Shown here: piece by piece, positions 47,889-52,111 of the stretch
Layout of the letters: each line of letters begins with the position of its first letter
Numbering within the stretch: position 1 is the first letter of the stretch
NCBI GenBank assembly: GCA_964572955.1
Contig: CAZNGY010000008.1
Location: 1 to 52,111 of the forward strand
Reading direction: 5' to 3'
DNA: 52,111 nucleotides
Origin: an uncultured Lachnoclostridium sp.
GTDB taxonomy: Bacteria; Bacillota; Clostridia; Lachnospirales; Lachnospiraceae
Notes under the pieces: generated by a model
Database searches by the model: none
Seen by the model: only the letters and a program-made list of their open reading frames with translations
What the model was told of the DNA's origin: nothing
Position numbers and translations under genes: made by a program

Positions 47889-49316
47889 TTACAATGAACC
47901 GTTATCATCCGCTTCAAAACAGGCTTCCATTGTTTCCAAAAAGTCTGACATATTAAGAGGTTTAATAAAAAATCCGTCAAATCCGAAGTTTTCAAGTCCT
48001 CGCAAACTGTCATTCTTTCCTTCTTCCCTTTGCAAATTCCCGGTACAATCAGCTCCCAGACCGGCCTTCCCATCCGCATCATTGCAATATCTGTTAGCAC
48101 TTACTGCAATAAGAGGAACCGATTCAGCATCACTTCTGTCAAGTCCTCTTATTTCTTCCGCTGCTCTGATTCCATCCATTATCGGCATTTTTATATCCAT
48201 TACGACCATGTCGTAATAATTCAAATCACTGCACGCATACATTTCAACCGCTTTTCTTCCGTTTTCAGCCTCTTCAACCACAACTCCGGTCAGCTCAAGG
48301 ATTTCCTTGCTCACTTCCCTGTTCAATTCATTGTCTTCCACTAAAAGAATTCTCTTATTACGATAATCCTTTTTTGTATATTTTTCCATTACTTTTTTCA
48401 GTTTTTCTTCATGTCTTTCTTCTTTATCCGTTTTTGATACATGTTCATTAATTTCAAGCGGAATCAGTTTAAGCCTGACAGTAAATTTTGAACCTTTTCC
48501 GTATTCACTGTCAATATCAATGCTTCCGCCGATCAAATCCAGACTCTTTTTTACAATTGACATTCCCAGCCCTGTTCCAAATATACCGGCTATCGTTTCG
48601 TCTTCTGCTCTCTCAAACGGAATGAAAATTTTACGAATAAACTCTTCTTTCATTCCATAACCATTATCTTCACAAACAAAAACATATTCTGATAAATCCT
48701 TGTTCAAGATATTTTCCGAAAGAGAAACATTAATAATTCCGTCATCCGGAGTGTATTTAACCGCATTTGCAATTATATTGTAAAAAATCTGTCTTATACG
48801 AAATCCGTCACCTTTCACTCTCTCATGTATAATTTCCTTGAACTCCAGATTAAGTGCATGATTCTTCTTTATCCTCTGATAATCAGTCATTTCCGCACTT
48901 TTGTGAACAGTCTCAATCAAACTGAATTCCTCATCTTTGCGGCATTTTTTATCCAAATCTGCTTTTGCCTCATTTAAAACATCATCTATAAGTATCATGA
49001 GATTATTTCCTGTCTCAGAAACCTTATTAAGACATTCTCTTACCTTTTTCTCATCATCAGCATAAAAAGCTGCAATCGATGACATCCCCATAATTCCGTT
49101 GACCGGTGTTCTGATATCATGAGCCAAATTATTCAAAAACTGCATTTTATCATCAGATTGTTTATATGCCTTCTGTATTTCATCACGAAGCTCGTTTGTT
49201 TCATCCCTTAACCTGTCAATTTCCTTTTCAAATCCGCTCCTGCATTTTCCGTAATACGTCACTCCTACGACAATCAATGCCGACAGTATGGCAATAATAA
49301 TCTCTTCTAAACTCAT
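47889..49316 (-). CDS. membrane-anchored hybrid sensor histidine kinase (TM-HisKA-HATPase-REC)
   Basis: 475 aa. One N-terminal TM. H-box LAHDIRTPVNGIMG. G-boxes DNGYGM/GTGLGMSIV. C-terminal receiver ILLVEDNELN...MVVMDIKMPIMDG with an extended insertion. Confidence 0.8.
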   Translation of the reverse strand: MSLEEIIIAILSALIVVGVTYYGKCRSGFEKEIDRLRDETNELRDEIQKAYKQSDDKMQFLNNLAHDIRTPVNGIMGMSSIAAFYADDEKKVRECLNKVSETGNNLMILIDDVLNEAKADLDKKCRKDEEFSLIETVHKSAEMTDYQRIKKNHALNLEFKEIIHERVKGDGFRIRQIFYNIIANAVKYTPDDGIINVSLSENILNKDLSEYVFVCEDNGYGMKEEFIRKIFIPFERAEDETIAGIFGTGLGMSIVKKSLDLIGGSIDIDSEYGKGSKFTVRLKLIPLEINEHVSKTDKEERHEEKLKKVMEKYTKKDYRNKRILLVEDNELNREVSKEILELTGVVVEEAENGRKAVEMYACSDLNYYDMVVMDIKMPIMDGIRAAEEIRGLDRSDAESVPLIAVSANRYCNDADGKAGLGADCTGNLQREEGKNDSLRGLENFGFDGFFIKPLNMSDFLETMEACFEADDNGSL

Positions 49317-49399
49317 AATCCGATTAAAAAATTCCTCTTTCCTAATTTATTGCATATTTTACATGATTTTTTGACATTTTTCGTGGTTTATATAAACTT

Positions 49400-50107
49400 T
49401 TATTCCAACTCACCCAAAATCTCACCAATTTTTCCGTATATACACAAATCCGCTTTATAATCCATGGCCGTTTTGTCTTTATTTATCAGCACCAGCTTGT
49501 TTCCGCGATAGTAATCTATGAATCCGGCTGCAGGATAAACCGTCAATGAAGTACCTCCGACTATCAAAACATCAGATTTTTTTATATACTCAATTGATTT
49601 CCTGATTATATCTTCATCCAGCCCTTCCTCATAAAGAACCACATCCGGTTTGATAATACCTCCGCACTCACATTTCGGAACCCCTGCAGTCTCCTGTATT
49701 TTGCTTATATCATAAAACCTTCCGCACTTCTCACAATAATTTCTAAGTACGCTTCCATGCAGTTCCAAGACTTCCCTGCTTCCCGCTTTCTGGTGAAGTC
49801 CGTCTATGTTCTGCGTAATTACTGCTTTAAGTTTTCCTTTCTTCTCAAGTTCCGCAAGAATCTTGTGAGCTTTGTTCGGCTGTGCATCCGGATACAGCAT
49901 TTTATCACGATAAAACCTATAAAACTCATTTGTATTTTTTCTAAAAAAACTATGACTTAATATTGTTTCAGGCGAAAATGCATACTTTTGATTATATAAT
50001 CCGTCCGTACTTCTGAAATCAGGTATATCAGATTCGGTACTTACACCTGCTCCTCCAAAAAACACAATATTACTGCTTTCAGCAATCCATTCCTTAAATT
50101 TTTCCAT
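49400..50107 (-). CDS. cobB: NAD-dependent protein deacylase (Sir2/CobB family)
   Basis: 235 aa. GAGVSTESDIPDFRS NAD-binding motif, a Zn-binding CxxC...CxC pair, and HGS catalytic His. Confidence 0.88.
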   Translation of the reverse strand: MEKFKEWIAESSNIVFFGGAGVSTESDIPDFRSTDGLYNQKYAFSPETILSHSFFRKNTNEFYRFYRDKMLYPDAQPNKAHKILAELEKKGKLKAVITQNIDGLHQKAGSREVLELHGSVLRNYCEKCGRFYDISKIQETAGVPKCECGGIIKPDVVLYEEGLDEDIIRKSIEYIKKSDVLIVGGTSLTVYPAAGFIDYYRGNKLVLINKDKTAMDYKADLCIYGKIGEILGELE

Positions 50108-50176
50108 GTATTACCTCCCGGTTTCACACTGTTAACAGACACGTTGTGTGCCTCAAGTCATTTTATATTTCTCATT

Positions 50177-50734
50177 TTAATCAAATATTTTTCCAAGTGT
50201 TTTGAAACATTCCCTTATGCGAAACTGCAGCTGCTCTGCGGTTTCCTCTTCTCCGCTTTTAAGCCAAGCCGTAAGAACTGCGGAAGTACAGGCAGTCAGT
50301 ATCGTCATCAGATAAGTTGTCTGCACCTCATCCATCTTGCTTTCTCTGAAAAAAAATTCCTTTGACGGAGTAAGATATTTCATATGTGCCTGAAAGATAA
50401 AATCCATTCGATTACTGTCAACAATGGCCTTTAACAGTGTCTTATTCTCCATCCAAAATTGAATAAAAACAAGTGTTGTTTCGTCGGTGTCTGAACTATT
50501 CAGCTCTTCATATGCCTTTCCTGCCTGCTCAAATATCCCGTCACACAGATATGAAAGTACGTCAGCTGTATTATCAAACAGGCGGTAAAAAGTTGATCTT
50601 CCCACCATGGATGCTTTTTGCACGTCTGTCACGGTAATTTCTGCAAAATCTTTTTTCTCTAAACACTTCAAAATGCCGTTTCCAACAAGTCCTGCAGATT
50701 TTTTTGCTCTCTTATCATTCGAGATATGATACAT
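50177..50734 (-). CDS. TetR/AcrR-family transcriptional regulator
   Basis: HTH ITVTDVQKASMVGRSTFYRLF. GAGGAGG RBS before the ATG at 50734; the ORF track extends to 50755. Confidence 0.75.
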   Translation of the reverse strand: MYHISNDKRAKKSAGLVGNGILKCLEKKDFAEITVTDVQKASMVGRSTFYRLFDNTADVLSYLCDGIFEQAGKAYEELNSSDTDETTLVFIQFWMENKTLLKAIVDSNRMDFIFQAHMKYLTPSKEFFFRESKMDEVQTTYLMTILTACTSAVLTAWLKSGEEETAEQLQFRIRECFKTLGKIFD

Positions 50735-50761
50735 CTTTACCTCCTCTTGTTCCACATATTT

Positions 50762-50804
50762 TGAAACTATTGTATCATTTTATGCTTATGATACAATAGT
50801 TTCA
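50762..50804. promoter_or_regulatory. candidate TetR operator in the divergent TetR / HXXEE-gene intergenic region
   Basis: Perfect 16-bp inverted repeat TGAAACTATTGTATCA-(11 nt)-TGATACAATAGTTTCA. Confidence 0.6.
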
Positions 50805-50842
50805 GAATATATTTTTTAAAGATTTTTTAAAAGGAGTAAATT

Positions 50843-51535
50843 ATGGAATCAATTATTAATGCTTGGCTTTCGATATGGCTTTATGTAATGGCTGCTATCG
50901 GTGTTTTTTTAAGCATCCTGGTTTACAAAAACCGTAGAAAATGGGATTCAATCAACACCATTTGCACTCTTGCCGTAATTGTCTTAGTACTTCACGTCAT
51001 TGAAGAATGGGTATTCCCCGGCGGACTCCACTATTCCTATAATTTCAGTCACGGTTCTTCCATTCTCAGCCGATATCCGATGAACAGACTAACCGACATG
51101 ATTACAAACTTCGGTGGTGTTCTTCTCGGCTGTTTCGTATTAAAATTTGGAGGATTTCGTAAACCTGCAGGAATTGCCATTATGCTTTTTTCTGCCTTTG
51201 AAGTAATAATACATATTGTTATCGGCATAAATTCCCTCCAGACATTTGGCGAGTACGGAATGAATACTCTATATTCACCGGGACTGATTACATCGCTGTT
51301 TGGGTTCCTGCCGATTACTGTAAGTCTTGCAATTCATTTATTCAAAAAAGAAAATCGAGCTTCCGTCAAACAGTGGATTATGGCAATACTCACAATGTTT
51401 GGTTTATGTTTTCTCTTTATTAATCTGCCTGAAATGATTTTAGGTGATGAAAACAGCCACTATAAATTTACGAATCGCGGATATTATGAACAGTTTGCAA
51501 ATGAATTTGAAACAAATAACAACTTTGAATATTAA
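50843..51535 (+). CDS. HXXEE-domain integral membrane protein
   Basis: 230 aa, about 6 TM helices. An HVIEEW motif lies in the first loop/helix. AAGGAG RBS. Confidence 0.65.
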   Translation: MESIINAWLSIWLYVMAAIGVFLSILVYKNRRKWDSINTICTLAVIVLVLHVIEEWVFPGGLHYSYNFSHGSSILSRYPMNRLTDMITNFGGVLLGCFVLKFGGFRKPAGIAIMLFSAFEVIIHIVIGINSLQTFGEYGMNTLYSPGLITSLFGFLPITVSLAIHLFKKENRASVKQWIMAILTMFGLCFLFINLPEMILGDENSHYKFTNRGYYEQFANEFETNNNFEY

Positions 51536-51639
51536 CCGTACTGTGAATGATTATCAAAATCTTATCAGTGATGATAAACGCTGTTACGAATGCTAAATAG
51601 TAGTTTGGGATGGTTTGTATGTATCATAGCATGGTTTTC

Positions 51640-52111
51640 CTGATTTTCAAATACTTTTTCGGTAGATTCATTCTTTGAACGCACCGAATTTTTCTTCCCA
51701 GCAGATCACTTCATAGAAGATTTCGAGCAAACCAAAGCCTATTTCTGACAGGAAATACTCCACATGAAGAGGAATTTCGTTAAACTGTTCCCTGTCATTC
51801 AGATGACGAACGTGGTGACAAGTGGTCATGGCAGCTTATAAAGCAGTAGCAGAGCTGCTTGTCCATCTGTTCCCAAGCACTATCGTCAGCTTGTTCATTA
51901 AAAATGAGCAAGCGATAGAAGTTTGAAAGCAGTGTCGATTTAGACATCATCCTTTACTTAGGGCTGTGCAATGGCGCAGGGTGGGCAACAACGCTTGATG
52001 GCAGGGATGCGATTCTGCTTGGCATTGAAAAAATCATTGAGCTGGAATAGCAGCGGGAAGCGACCATGCGCGCGTTGATTTTTCACGAAATCGGACATAT
52101 CTGGCATAAAA
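51640..52111 (+). pseudogene. possible decayed gene remnant ending in a HExxH (HEIGH) metallopeptidase-like motif; GC-shifted
   Basis: No ORF of 60 aa or more on either strand across about 570 bp. Protein-like fragments in shifting plus-strand frames (…AAYKAVAELLVHLFPSTIVSLFIKNEQAIEV*, …DGRDAILLGIEKIIELE-TAG-QREATMRALIFHEIGHIWHK) run to the window edge. GC is visibly higher than in the rest of the window. Confidence 0.3.

Noticed and set aside
49400-50107. Sir2 protein as a defence-associated NADase (Thoeris, DSR or similar).
   Set aside because: It is short (235 aa) with a canonical CobB layout and a zinc ribbon. It has no fused sensor domain or partner genes, which fits a housekeeping protein deacylase.
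51536-51640. TTATCA-GTGA-TGATAA palindrome and TGATTATCA repeat after the HXXEE gene.
   Set aside because: The 6-bp A/T stem is too weak for a terminator, and its function is unsupported. It is mentioned only in the context of the decayed edge region.

Overview
This window looks like an AT-rich Firmicutes (Clostridia-like) chromosomal segment that is mostly on the minus strand and densely coding. No CRISPR array, tRNA, rRNA, IS element or phage-like gene was seen.

Gene content, in order along the window:
- Housekeeping genes: rpmF, ackA and pta, and a divergent PMCA-type Ca2+ P-type ATPase.
- A complete ribD-ribE-ribBA-ribH operon behind a clear FMN riboswitch with a terminator-type expression platform.
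- A TetR-GH3-hybrid histidine kinase operon with overlapping gene junctions.
- A lone glgB and a lone proA.
- A roughly 10 kb self-contained sortase-dependent pilus island at 18.0-28.0 kb. It encodes a 1659-aa LPETG tip-adhesin candidate, an 83-aa coiled-coil ORF, an embedded signal peptidase I, an E-box LPTTG backbone pilin, a class C sortase, an LPQTG basal pilin and a second sortase. It is driven by a perfect-consensus divergent promoter pair shared with degV. This is the most system-like feature, and its architecture is analogous to the streptococcal FCT pilus islands.
- A REC / degenerate-GGDEF (SSDHF) / EAL regulator.
- A three-gene membrane module: a YdjI-like SPFH protein with four C-terminal tandem zinc ribbons, a zinc-ribbon/TM protein and a small bitopic protein.
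- pdxK, an acidic lipoprotein, a divergent PurF-like protein paired with a DUF2278 (YukJ-like) protein, and patatin + azlCD.
- A galactokinase-family GHMP kinase with a LacI regulator, ddh, a MATE transporter, a second hybrid histidine kinase and a Sir2 deacylase.
- A TetR regulator sharing a perfect 16-bp palindromic operator with a divergent HXXEE membrane protein.

The last roughly 570 bp are GC-shifted and carry only fragmentary reading frames, including an in-frame TAG upstream of a HEIGH metallopeptidase motif. This looks like a decayed gene remnant.

Coordinates of non-coding features are approximate (plus or minus 2 nt).
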